Part shown: positions 20,772 through 29,584 of the stretch, in pieces
How the letters are laid out: the number at the start of each line of letters is the position of its first letter
Position numbering within the stretch: position 1 is the first letter of the stretch
Source: an uncultured delta proteobacterium
Lineage (GTDB): Bacteria; Myxococcota_A; Polyangia; Polyangiales; Polyangiaceae
Direction: 5' to 3'
Assembly: GCA_963782055.1 (NCBI GenBank)
Contig: CAWAIF010000003.1
Span: forward strand, 6,695,948-6,759,947
DNA: 64,000 nt
Position numbers and translations under genes: made by a program
Notes under the pieces: generated by a model
Seen by the model: only the letters and a program-made list of their open reading frames with translations
Told to the model about the DNA's origin: nothing
Database searches by the model: none

Positions 20772-20849
20772 GGGGACCGAGGATAGATCCCCGCGCTCGC
20801 GAGGCGAAGGCTCTTGGCCGCGGCCGCCCGGGGCGCTCAGCCGGGGCGC

Positions 20850-21128
20850 TCAGCCGGGGGCAGGCACGTCTGCCGCGGCCAGCTTGCGCCCGAGCTCACC
20901 GGAGCGATCCAGCGCGTGCAGCTCGTCGCTGCCGCCGATGGACTCGCCGTGGATGAAGATCTGCGGGACCGTGCGGCGGCCTGTCGTCTCCACGAGCCAG
21001 GCGCGGCGCTCGGGATCGTCGGTGACGTCGATCTCGTCGAAGGCGATGCCCCGCTTCTTGAGCAGCGACTTCGCCCGGAAGCAGTAGGCGCAGTAGGTGG
21101 TTACGTAGACCTGAACGGGAGCGCTCAT
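20850..21128 (-). CDS. Glutaredoxin
   Basis: Active site 'CAYC' in a thioredoxin-fold context ('VYVTTYCAYCFRAKSLL...TVPQIFI'). Confidence 0.75.
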   Translation of the reverse strand: MSAPVQVYVTTYCAYCFRAKSLLKKRGIAFDEIDVTDDPERRAWLVETTGRRTVPQIFIHGESIGGSDELHALDRSGELGRKLAAADVPAPG

Positions 21129-21185
21129 CCCTCGTAACGTGGCACCGCTGCGGCGAGTTTCAAGTGGTACTCTCGTCCCCCCACC

Positions 21186-23780
21186 ATGGCCGAGCAGACC
21201 ATCCACCTCGAGAAGTACGCCCCGGACGCCAAGGCCCTCGTCGCGGGCGCCCAATCCCTGGCCGACGAGCGCAAGCACCCGCAGGTCGAGCCGGTCCACC
21301 TCCTGGCGCGCGCGCTGGACCGGGACCGCGGCGTGCAGGAGGTCTTCCGCAAGGCCGGCGCCGATCCGCGCGATGTCGCGGTGGAGGCGGAGCAGGCGCT
21401 GGGGCGCATTGGCAAGTCCAGCGGCGGCCTCGCCTACCTCTCCTCCGCCATGCTCGACCTGCTCGGCCGGGCCGAGCGCGAGGCGGGCGGGGGCAGCGTG
21501 GGCGTCGAGCACCTCCTCAACGCGCTCTCGCAGGAGATCCGCGGCTCGGCCGCCATCGTGCTTCAGGCGTTCGGCCTCGGGCCGGGCTCCTTCCGGCCGC
21601 ACATGGCGGCGCTCCACAGCGTCCCGCGCGAGGTGCAGGGCGACGGCGGCAACACCGGGGACCCTGCCGCCCGCTACACCAAGGACCTGGTCGACCGCGC
21701 GCGCAAGGGCGGCTTCGACCCGGTGATCGGCCGCGACCTCGAGGTGCGGCGGCTGCTGCAGATCCTGGAGCGCCGGCAGAAGAATCACCCGCTGCTCGTC
21801 GGCGATCCGGGCGTGGGCAAGCAGTCCATCGTGGGCGCCCTCGCCGCGCGCATCGCCGCCGGGGACGTGCCCGCCAACATCGCGCACTTCTCCATCCTGG
21901 AGCTGGAGGTGGGCTCGCTCGTCGCCGGCGCCAAGCTGCGCGGAGAGGTGGAGGAGCGGCTCAAGCAGGCGCTCGCCGCCGTCAAGAGCGTGCCCGGCAG
22001 CAAGGAGGTGGTGCTCTACATCAACGGCATCGACTCCCTCTTCGGCCAGGGCGCCGCCGGCAGCGGCGTGGGGGAGTTGCTCAAGCCGCTGCTCGCCCGC
22101 GGGGAGGTGCGCCTGCTGGCCACGACGACGCCGGACGGCCTGCGCAAGATCGGCGAGCGCGACGCCGGGCTACTCCGCCGCTTCACCGTCCTCTCCATCG
22201 AGGCGCCCACGCCCGACCAGGCCATCGAGATCCTGCGCGGCATCGCCACCCGCTACGAGGTGCACCACCACGTGCAGATCGGCGACCCGGCCATCGTCGC
22301 CTCGGTGCGGCTCGCCAAGCGCTACATCCAGGACCGCGCCCTGCCCGACTCGGCGATCGACCTGCTCGACGAGGCGTGCGCCCGCAAGCGCGTGGAGATC
22401 GACGGCGTGCCCGCCTCCGTCGACGACGCCATCCGCCGCCTGGCCTCGCTCAAGGCGCAGCGCGCGTCGCTCGCGGACGACGCCGACGCCATGAGCGTCA
22501 AGACGCGCGAGCGCATTGACAAGGAGATCGCCGACCTGGAGCCGAGCGTGAGCGAGATGCGCGCCAAGATGGACTCCCGGCGCGGCGCGCTGGCGGCGGT
22601 CTCGGCGCTGCGCGAGGAGTACTCCCGCCTGCAGGTGGAGCTGGAGGGGGCACGCCAGCAACAGAACTTCGCGCGGTTGGGGGAGCTGGAGCACGTGACC
22701 ATCCCCGACGTGAAGCGCCGCCTGGACGCGGCGGAGGCCGCCATCACGCGCGAGGGCATCACCCAGACGCCGAACGTCGTGGGCGAGCAGGACGTGGCGG
22801 TGGTCCTCGGCGACTGGACCGGCATCCCCGTCGCCAAGATGCTGGAGAGCGAGGCGGACAAGCTGCTCAAGATGGAGGAGCGCCTCGCGCAGCGCGTGGT
22901 CGGCCAGGACGAGGCGGTGCGGGCGGTGTCGCGCGCGGTGCGGCGCGGGCGCGTGGGCCTGCGCGACCCGGGCAAGCCCATCGGCAGCTTCCTCTTCCTC
23001 GGGCCGAGCGGCGTGGGCAAGACCGAGCTCGCCAAGGCCCTCGCCCAGTTCCTCTTCGACGACGAAGCGTCGATGACCCGCCTGGACATGAGCGAGTTCA
23101 TGGAGAAGCACATGGCGCAGCGCCTCGTCGGCGCGCCGCCCGGCTACGTCGACAGCGAGGAGGGCGGCTTCCTGACCGAGGCGGTGCGCCGCAAGCCCTA
23201 CAGCGTGCTGCTCTTCGACGAGGTGGAGAAGGCCCACGCCGACGTCTTCAACCTCTTGCTGCAGGTGCTCGACGACGGCCGCCTCACCGACGGCCGCGGG
23301 CGCACCGCCGACTTCTCCAACACCGTCGTCATCATGACGAGCAACATCGGCTCGCAGCGCATCCTGGACACCGACATCAAGCTCTTCGAGACGGAGGAGG
23401 GTCGCGACGCCCTGCGCGACGTGCTGCGCGAGGAGCTGCGCAACTTCCTGCGGCCCGAGTTCCTCAACCGCATCGACGACATCGTCATCTTCCGCGCGCT
23501 CACCAAGAAGGACCTGCGCGGCATCGTCGACATCCAGCTCCGCCGCCTGGAGAAGCTGGTGGCCGACCGCGAGCTCAAGCTGGACCTGACCGAGGCCGCG
23601 AAGAACGCCCTCGTGGAGATGAGCTACGAGCCGGCGTTCGGGGCGCGGCCGCTCAAGCGCGCCATCCTCAAGAGCCTGCAGGACCCGCTGGCGGAGGAGA
23701 TCCTCGCCGGCGGCTACACCACGGGCGCGGTGGTGAAGGTGGACGTGAAGGACGGCGCCTTCACCTTCCAGAAGGCGTAG
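21186..23780 (+). CDS. clpB: ClpB-like AAA+ disaggregase with degenerate Walker motifs in the first nucleotide-binding domain
   Basis: N-domain, NBD1, coiled-coil M-domain and NBD2 are present. NBD2 is canonical ('GPSGVGKTELAKALA', 'LLFDEVEKAH'). NBD1 Walker A reads 'GDPGVGKQS' and Walker B reads 'VVLYINGID'. Confidence 0.8.
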   Translation: MAEQTIHLEKYAPDAKALVAGAQSLADERKHPQVEPVHLLARALDRDRGVQEVFRKAGADPRDVAVEAEQALGRIGKSSGGLAYLSSAMLDLLGRAEREAGGGSVGVEHLLNALSQEIRGSAAIVLQAFGLGPGSFRPHMAALHSVPREVQGDGGNTGDPAARYTKDLVDRARKGGFDPVIGRDLEVRRLLQILERRQKNHPLLVGDPGVGKQSIVGALAARIAAGDVPANIAHFSILELEVGSLVAGAKLRGEVEERLKQALAAVKSVPGSKEVVLYINGIDSLFGQGAAGSGVGELLKPLLARGEVRLLATTTPDGLRKIGERDAGLLRRFTVLSIEAPTPDQAIEILRGIATRYEVHHHVQIGDPAIVASVRLAKRYIQDRALPDSAIDLLDEACARKRVEIDGVPASVDDAIRRLASLKAQRASLADDADAMSVKTRERIDKEIADLEPSVSEMRAKMDSRRGALAAVSALREEYSRLQVELEGARQQQNFARLGELEHVTIPDVKRRLDAAEAAITREGITQTPNVVGEQDVAVVLGDWTGIPVAKMLESEADKLLKMEERLAQRVVGQDEAVRAVSRAVRRGRVGLRDPGKPIGSFLFLGPSGVGKTELAKALAQFLFDDEASMTRLDMSEFMEKHMAQRLVGAPPGYVDSEEGGFLTEAVRRKPYSVLLFDEVEKAHADVFNLLLQVLDDGRLTDGRGRTADFSNTVVIMTSNIGSQRILDTDIKLFETEEGRDALRDVLREELRNFLRPEFLNRIDDIVIFRALTKKDLRGIVDIQLRRLEKLVADRELKLDLTEAAKNALVEMSYEPAFGARPLKRAILKSLQDPLAEEILAGGYTTGAVVKVDVKDGAFTFQKA

Positions 23781-24202
23781 TCGCCGGCGCGACGGGGGAC
23801 GGCGCGCGCGGGAGCCAGTGGTTCATCCGCGCCCGCTTCGTGTCGAGGTAGCCGGCGCTGTGCGGGTTCGCCGCGACGACAATCGGCAGGCGCTCCTCCA
23901 CCACGATCCCCGTGCCCTCCAGGGCGTAGACCTTCTCGGGGTTGTTCGTCCCGGTGCCCGTACATCTGCAGGTACGCCGGCACCAGGAACTCGCCGAACG
24001 CCTCCAGCAGCTCCGCCGGCGCTGTGCCCGTCCGCGCCGACGCGGCGGCCACGATGGCCGCGATCCCGGCGTCGGGGTAGGCCGAGGACGCCAGGTAGAT
24101 CTTGCTCCCGATGCCGGCGTCCCCGAGCAGGGCGCCCCACACGTCGGCGCCGAACCGGGCCTCCACGAACTGCTCGAGCCGACCGAAGATCATGCCGTGC
24201 AT
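23761..24202 (-). pseudogene. H-NOX-like heme-sensor gene with an apparent frameshift
   Basis: The N-terminal 83 aa match the H-NOX signature ('MHGMIFGRLEQFVEARFGADVWGALL...ELLEAFGEFLVPAYLQMYG'). Near 23945-23965 the GC3-rich coding signal moves to the +1 frame ('NNPEKVYALEGTGIVVEERLPIVVAANPHSAGY...'), while the original frame becomes A/T-rich at third positions. Confidence 0.35.
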
Positions 24203-24257
24203 GATCCATCGAGTCGCCAGGCCGGAAGGGGTTCCCCGAAATCGACCTGACCTCGTC

Positions 24258-24770
24258 CTAGTCGAAGAGCGGCGACCCGCGGACCAGGGCGACGGCGAGG
24301 TAGAGCACGAGCAAGGACAGCAGCATGGTCGCCCGGCCCAGCCACGATGCCGCCCGGCGGGCGCGCAGCGCCGCGGGGGAGCCGGGATCGCGCGCCATCG
24401 CCTCCAGGGCGCGCTTGCCGGTGAGCAGCTCGTGGCCGGCGGTGGCCAGCAAGACCAGATCGACCAGGCCTAGCTTCCACATGAGCGCGCGGCCGAAGGG
24501 CGAGGCGCGCCACGCCGGGCTCATGAGGTCGGACCAGCCGATGCCGCGGAAGTACAGGTTGCCGACGCCGGTGACGAGCAGCACGCCGAGCGCGATCCAG
24601 CCGAGGACGCGGTAGCGGCGGCCGACGGCGCGCACGAGCTCCGCGGTGGCGCGCGGGTCCGGCGCGCGCCGCAGCACCGGGACGACCACCGCCGCGAAGA
24701 AGACCATCGACCCGACCCAGGCCGCCGCCGCGAGGATGTGCAGCCAGACGCAGAGCGTGTAGGACCACAT
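24258..24770 (-). CDS. Integral membrane protein (4 TM, CopD/DUF-like)
   Basis: Start at the internal Met 'MWSYTLCVWLHILAAAAWVG'. Four hydrophobic helices. It begins 4 nt after the hemerythrin gene stop. Confidence 0.5.
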   Translation of the reverse strand: MWSYTLCVWLHILAAAAWVGSMVFFAAVVVPVLRRAPDPRATAELVRAVGRRYRVLGWIALGVLLVTGVGNLYFRGIGWSDLMSPAWRASPFGRALMWKLGLVDLVLLATAGHELLTGKRALEAMARDPGSPAALRARRAASWLGRATMLLSLLVLYLAVALVRGSPLFD

Positions 24771-24774
24771 GCGG

Positions 24775-25284
24775 TCAGTCGTTCTCCCCCGGGGTGCGGC
24801 GCGGGTCGGACGCTGACCGCCGGTGCAGGAGCGGCCCGTCGTAGTGCTTCGCGACGGGCACCTCGGGCATCGCGCGCAGCCGCTCGACGACCGCCGCGGC
24901 CCCGTCGCCCGCGAGCGCATCGCACTGCGCGTAGAGGCCGTCGGCGCCCTCCTCGAGCGGGTTGTGCGCGGCCAGCACGGCCCGGAGCCTGTCGCAGAGC
25001 TCCGGCGTGGGCGTGGGGACCAGGAGCGAGGCGATGGTCCCGTGCTCGACGCGCAGCCGCGAGGCGATCGGGAGCGGGGAGCCGCGCTTGTCGCGGGCGA
25101 AGCGGATGAGCACCTTCTCTTCCATCGCGATGTGCTTCAGCAGGCCGCGCCGGAACGCGTCGAAGGCGACGGGCTCGATGCCCCCGTCGCCCGGGTCCGC
25201 CTGCCGGAGCAGCGCGTCCAGTCGCGCGTGGTCCGCCGTCATGTAGGCCTCGACGGGACCCGGAGTCGTGGTGGGGGCAGGCAT
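24775..25284 (-). CDS. Hemerythrin-like (HHE cation-binding) domain protein
   Basis: His/Glu pattern 'HIAMEEKVLIRF...EHG' typical of hemerythrin-like di-iron domains. First gene of a three-gene minus-strand operon. Confidence 0.55.
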   Translation of the reverse strand: MPAPTTTPGPVEAYMTADHARLDALLRQADPGDGGIEPVAFDAFRRGLLKHIAMEEKVLIRFARDKRGSPLPIASRLRVEHGTIASLLVPTPTPELCDRLRAVLAAHNPLEEGADGLYAQCDALAGDGAAAVVERLRAMPEVPVAKHYDGPLLHRRSASDPRRTPGEND

Positions 25285-25347
25285 CCGAACTCGCGTCGCT
25301 GCACGTTGAATGCCACCCCGCATGCGGTGCGCCTCCCGCGCGCAGCG

Positions 25348-25363
25348 TTGGCGCTCGGCGCAA
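25348..25363. promoter_or_regulatory. Candidate Crp/Fnr-type box TTGGCGCTCGGCGCAA in the hemerythrin/nosZ divergent promoter region
   Basis: 16-bp near-palindrome with TTG...CAA ends, about 160 bp upstream of nosZ and 65 bp upstream of the divergent hemerythrin gene. Confidence 0.2.
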
Positions 25364-25522
25364 AGGCGTCGTGTCCGCGCATGCATTGCAGCGCAGGCAC
25401 GCAGCTCCGTGCGGGCAGGACGTGAACGCAGTGCGCTGGCTATGCGATCCGTCAGGGCGCCCCACGCGACCTGCACCTACGGTCCTCGTGAGCGCCGCGA
25501 CGGGCGGCGCGCGGAGGTCGAG

Positions 25523-27508
25523 ATGAAACTGACCAAGCGAGCCATGGCCGTCGGAGTGCTGCTCGTCGGCGCCATGGGGGCGATCTTCGCCTGCGAGAAC
25601 AAGGCGGAGGAGCAGTTCCAGAAGCAGCAGTCGTCCGGCGCGCTGGGGGCGTCGGCGTCGATCAAGGACCTGATGAAGGCGCGCGGCCTGAACGCGGGCG
25701 ACGTGCAGGCCGCCCTGGAGACCTACACGCCGACGGGCAAGAAGGACGAGTACATCCTCTTCGCGTCGGGCGGGCAGTCGGGGCAGGTACTCGTCATCGG
25801 CGTGCCGTCGATGCGACTGCTGAAGGTGATCGGGGTGTTCACTCCCGAGCCCTGGCAGGGCTACGGCTACGGCGACGAGAGCGACAAGATCGTCCAGTCG
25901 AGCACGCAGATGGGCCACAAGCTCACCTGGGCCGACGTGCATCACCCGGCGCTCTCGGAGACGAAGGGCGACTACGACGGTGACTACCTCTTCGTCAACG
26001 ACAAGGCCAACGGCCGCATCGCGGTGATCGACCTCAAGGACTTCGCGACGAAGCAGATCGTCGCCGACCCGATCCTCATGAGCAACCACGGCGCGGCGTT
26101 CGTCACGCCCAACACCGAGTACGTCATCGAGGGCAGCCAGTACGCCGCCCCGCTGGGCCGCGAGTACGAGCCACTGTCCGAGTACAAGGACAAGTACCGC
26201 GGGCTGGTCATGTTCTGGAAGTTCGACCGCGCGAAGGGTCGCATCGACCCGTCCCGCAGCTTCGGGCTCGAGCTGCCGCCCTACACCCAGGACCTCGCCG
26301 ACGCGGGCAAGCTCGCGAGCGACGGGTGGGCCTTCGTCAACTCGCTCAACACCGAGATGGCCACGGGCGGAGATCTGGACGGCAAGCCACCCATGGAGAG
26401 CGGCGCCTCCCAGAACGACATGGACTACCTGCACGTCATCAACTGGCGAAAGGCGGAGGAGCTCGTCAACGCCGGCAAGGCGATCACCATCGCCGGGCTC
26501 AAGGTGCTGCCCATGTCGGTGACGGGGCCTGCCGGAGTCCTGACGCTGATCGGCGAGTCAAAGAGCCCCCACGGCTGCGCGGTGACACCCGACGGCAAGG
26601 AGATCGTCGTCTCGGGCAAGCTGGACACCCACGCGACGGTCTACGAGTTCTCCAAGATCAAGGACCTCGTCGCGCAGGGGAAGTTCGAGGGCAAGGACCC
26701 CTACGGCCTGCCCATCCTACCCTTCAAGGACACCATCCGCGGGCAGGTGGAGCTCGGCCTCGGACCGCTGCACACGCAGTTCGACGACAAGGGGAACGCG
26801 TACACCTCGCTCTTCATCGAGAGCAAGGTCGCCAAGTGGTCACTGAAGGACCTGAAGCTGATCGAGAAGATCCCGGTCCACTACAACATCGGCCACCTCG
26901 TGGCGGCGGAGGGCGACACGGTCAGCCCGGACGGCAAGTACGTCGTCGCCATGAACAAGATGTCGATCGACCGCTTCGCGAGCGTCGGGCCGCTGTACCC
27001 GCAGAACTTCCAGCTCATCGACGTCACCGGCGACAAGATGCGGCTGCTCGCCGACATGCCCATCCCCATCGGCGAGCCGCACTACGCGCAGATGATCAAG
27101 GCGGACAAGCTCCACCCGCTGAAGGTGTACCCGCCCGGGTACGACCCCTTCACGGGCGCGAAGGACCCCAACGCGGTGGAGGGCGGCAAGGAGCGGATCG
27201 AGCGCCACGGCGACGTGGTCGACGTCTACATGACCGCCATCCGGAGCCACTTCACGCCGGACCAGGTCGAGGTCAACCAGGGCGACACGGTGAACCTGCA
27301 CCTCACCAGCCTGGAGCAGGCGGAGGACCAGACGCATGGCTTCACGCTGGACATGTACAACATCAACCTGAGCCTGGAGCCGGGGAAGTCGGAGAGCGTC
27401 ACCTTCAAGGCGGACGTACCCGGCGTCTTCCCCTTTTACTGCACCGAGTTCTGCTCGGCGCTCCACCTCGAGATGACGGGCTACCTGCTCGTCAAGCCGA
27501 GGGGGTGA
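25523..27508 (+). CDS. nosZ: Nitrous-oxide reductase, clade II (Sec/lipoprotein-type signal)
   Basis: 661 aa. N-terminal Sec-type signal with no twin-Arg ('MKLTKRAMAVGVLLVGAMGAIFAC'), His-rich beta-propeller region and C-terminal cupredoxin CuA motif 'FYCTEFCSALHLEMTGYLLV'. RBS GGAGGT lies 7 nt upstream. Confidence 0.9.
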   Translation: MKLTKRAMAVGVLLVGAMGAIFACENKAEEQFQKQQSSGALGASASIKDLMKARGLNAGDVQAALETYTPTGKKDEYILFASGGQSGQVLVIGVPSMRLLKVIGVFTPEPWQGYGYGDESDKIVQSSTQMGHKLTWADVHHPALSETKGDYDGDYLFVNDKANGRIAVIDLKDFATKQIVADPILMSNHGAAFVTPNTEYVIEGSQYAAPLGREYEPLSEYKDKYRGLVMFWKFDRAKGRIDPSRSFGLELPPYTQDLADAGKLASDGWAFVNSLNTEMATGGDLDGKPPMESGASQNDMDYLHVINWRKAEELVNAGKAITIAGLKVLPMSVTGPAGVLTLIGESKSPHGCAVTPDGKEIVVSGKLDTHATVYEFSKIKDLVAQGKFEGKDPYGLPILPFKDTIRGQVELGLGPLHTQFDDKGNAYTSLFIESKVAKWSLKDLKLIEKIPVHYNIGHLVAAEGDTVSPDGKYVVAMNKMSIDRFASVGPLYPQNFQLIDVTGDKMRLLADMPIPIGEPHYAQMIKADKLHPLKVYPPGYDPFTGAKDPNAVEGGKERIERHGDVVDVYMTAIRSHFTPDQVEVNQGDTVNLHLTSLEQAEDQTHGFTLDMYNINLSLEPGKSESVTFKADVPGVFPFYCTEFCSALHLEMTGYLLVKPRG

Positions 27509-27515
27509 GGCGGCC

Positions 27516-28241
27516 ATGTCCCTCGCGATCGACCTGAAGGATGGCCGCCGGCATCTGGCGACGGCGCCGGCGCGGGGGGAGCCGGTGCCGCGGTGGCGGC
27601 GCTGGCTCGTCGTTGGGCTGATGAGCACCGCCACGGGGATGTTCGCCGGCTCCTTCTTCCTGCCCTGGTGGCACTTCACCCTCTACGCGCCCCAGTACCC
27701 CCACGGCCTGCGGATGCAGATGTCGCTCACTGGCGTCGGAGGCGACGTCGGTGAGATCGACGAGCTGAATCACTACATCGGCATGGCGCGCCTGGAGAAC
27801 GTCGCCACCACGGAGGAGCACTACGCCGCGTACGGCATCGCCCTGGTGGCGCTGGTGATCCTCGTCCTGACGCTCGTGCTCGGACGCAAGCTGGGCAAGC
27901 TCATCCTGGCGCCTGCGCTCGCCTTCCCCGCGGGTTTCCTGGCGGACTCCTTCTACTGGCTCTACCACTGCGGCCACGGGCTCGACCCGCACGCGCCCAT
28001 CCACCTGCCGGCCTTCACCCCGCAGATGTTCGGCAACGGGCAGATCGGGCAGTTCTTGACCTTCGCGGCGCCGTCGTCGGGGTTCTGGCTGGCGTGCGCC
28101 GGGGCGGCGATCGTCGCCCTGGGCGTGATCATCCGGCAGCGGAGCGTGTGCGCCCACTGCACGCAGCGCGGCACCTGCGGCGCGGTGTGCCGGAGCGCCT
28201 TCATCCTGCGGGAAGAGCAGCCGGACGAGGTCGCGCCGTGA
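27516..28241 (+). CDS. nosB: NosB-like membrane protein
   Basis: Multi-TM protein immediately downstream of clade II nosZ, the position typical of nosB. C-terminal Cys cluster 'CAHCTQRGTCGAVC'. Confidence 0.55.
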   Translation: MSLAIDLKDGRRHLATAPARGEPVPRWRRWLVVGLMSTATGMFAGSFFLPWWHFTLYAPQYPHGLRMQMSLTGVGGDVGEIDELNHYIGMARLENVATTEEHYAAYGIALVALVILVLTLVLGRKLGKLILAPALAFPAGFLADSFYWLYHCGHGLDPHAPIHLPAFTPQMFGNGQIGQFLTFAAPSSGFWLACAGAAIVALGVIIRQRSVCAHCTQRGTCGAVCRSAFILREEQPDEVAP

Positions 28242-29584
28242 ACGCGCGGGCGCGCGCGTGGGTCCGGCGCGGCGCCGTCGCCGTCGCCCTGCTCGCCGTG
28301 GCCGGCGCCGTCGCGCACGCAGGCCCGGCGGCGGACGACCTGCGCGGCCCGCCGCCGCCGCCGGACCACACCGGGACCTACCGGCAGACCCCGCCGCCGG
28401 GCGCGGCCATCGCGCACGACGAGGCCGGCCTCGCGCGCCTGCTCGCCGACCCGCGCGGTCCCGCCGACGTCTGGCTCGAGGGCCGCGTCTACCGCGGCGA
28501 CCTCGTCGTCGCCCGGCGCGTCGCGCTGCACGGGACGGGCGACACCGTGCTCGACGGCAGCGGTCGCGGCACCGTCGTCACCGTCACTGCCGACGGCGTC
28601 CTCCTCGACGACCTGACCGTCCGCCACTCCGGCCGGCGCTTCACCACCGAGGACTCCGGCGTGAAGGTCCACGCGAAGGGCGTGCGGGTGAGCCACCTGC
28701 TCGTGGACGACGTGCTCTTCGGTGTGGAGCTCTCCCCCTGCCCCGCGTGCGTGATCGAGCACACCCGCGTGCTCGGTCAGGACGGCGCGACCGAGCTGCG
28801 CGGCGACGGCATCAAGCTCTGGGAGGCCAACGACGCCGTCGTGCGCGACTGCATCGTCGACCACGGGCGCGATCTCGTCGTCTGGTACTCGCGACGCGCG
28901 CTGCTCGACGGCGTCGTCGTACGGCACGGCCGGTACGGCGTGCACTTCATGTACTCGCACGACGCGGTCATCCAGAACAGCCGGCTGGAGGACAACGTGG
29001 TCGGCATCTTCGTCATGTACAGCCAGCGGCTGAAGGCCCACCACGACGTGATGGCGGGCGCGCGCGGCCCGGCCGGGATGGGCATCGGCTTCAAGGAGAG
29101 CGACGGCGTCTCGGTGGAGGACGACTGGATCGTCGCCAACACGACCGGCATCTACCTGGACCGGACGCCGCGCGACCCGGAGAAGCCGGTCACCTTCGAC
29201 CACAACGTGCTCGCCCTCAACGACGTCGCCGTGCGCTTCCTGAGCGCGCAGCAGGGCCTCACCTTCACCGAGAACGACTTCCACCAGAACGTCCAGGTGG
29301 CGGTGGTGGAGGGAGGAGGCGACGCGCTCGGCACCATCTTCGCCGGCAACCACTGGACCGACTACGAGGGCTACGACCTGGACGGCGACGGCATCGGGGA
29401 CGTGCCCTTCGAGCTCCGGGAGGTGGACGGGGGACTCACCGACGCGCACCCGCAGGTGCGCTTCTTCCAGGGCACCGGCGCGCTCGACCTGTTCGACGCC
29501 GTGGCGCGCGCCGTGCCCGTCCTCTCGAGCCGCTCCGTGCTCGTCGACAAGACGCCGTCGATGACGGCACCGAGGCCGCGATGA
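28238..29584 (+). CDS. nosD: NosD, periplasmic copper-processing beta-helix protein
   Basis: GTG start overlapping the nosB stop (GTGA). Signal peptide. Right-handed beta-helix / CASH repeats ('GIYLDRTPRD', 'NHWTDYEGYDLDGDGIGDVPF'). Confidence 0.8.
   Translation: MNARARAWVRRGAVAVALLAVAGAVAHAGPAADDLRGPPPPPDHTGTYRQTPPPGAAIAHDEAGLARLLADPRGPADVWLEGRVYRGDLVVARRVALHGTGDTVLDGSGRGTVVTVTADGVLLDDLTVRHSGRRFTTEDSGVKVHAKGVRVSHLLVDDVLFGVELSPCPACVIEHTRVLGQDGATELRGDGIKLWEANDAVVRDCIVDHGRDLVVWYSRRALLDGVVVRHGRYGVHFMYSHDAVIQNSRLEDNVVGIFVMYSQRLKAHHDVMAGARGPAGMGIGFKESDGVSVEDDWIVANTTGIYLDRTPRDPEKPVTFDHNVLALNDVAVRFLSAQQGLTFTENDFHQNVQVAVVEGGGDALGTIFAGNHWTDYEGYDLDGDGIGDVPFELREVDGGLTDAHPQVRFFQGTGALDLFDAVARAVPVLSSRSVLVDKTPSMTAPRPR

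Noticed and set aside
20822-20847. 13-bp direct duplication CCGGGGCGCTCAG x2 between the glutaredoxin and Cys-rich lipoprotein genes
   Set aside because: It is only two copies and very short. It is most likely a trivial slippage duplicate with no evident function.
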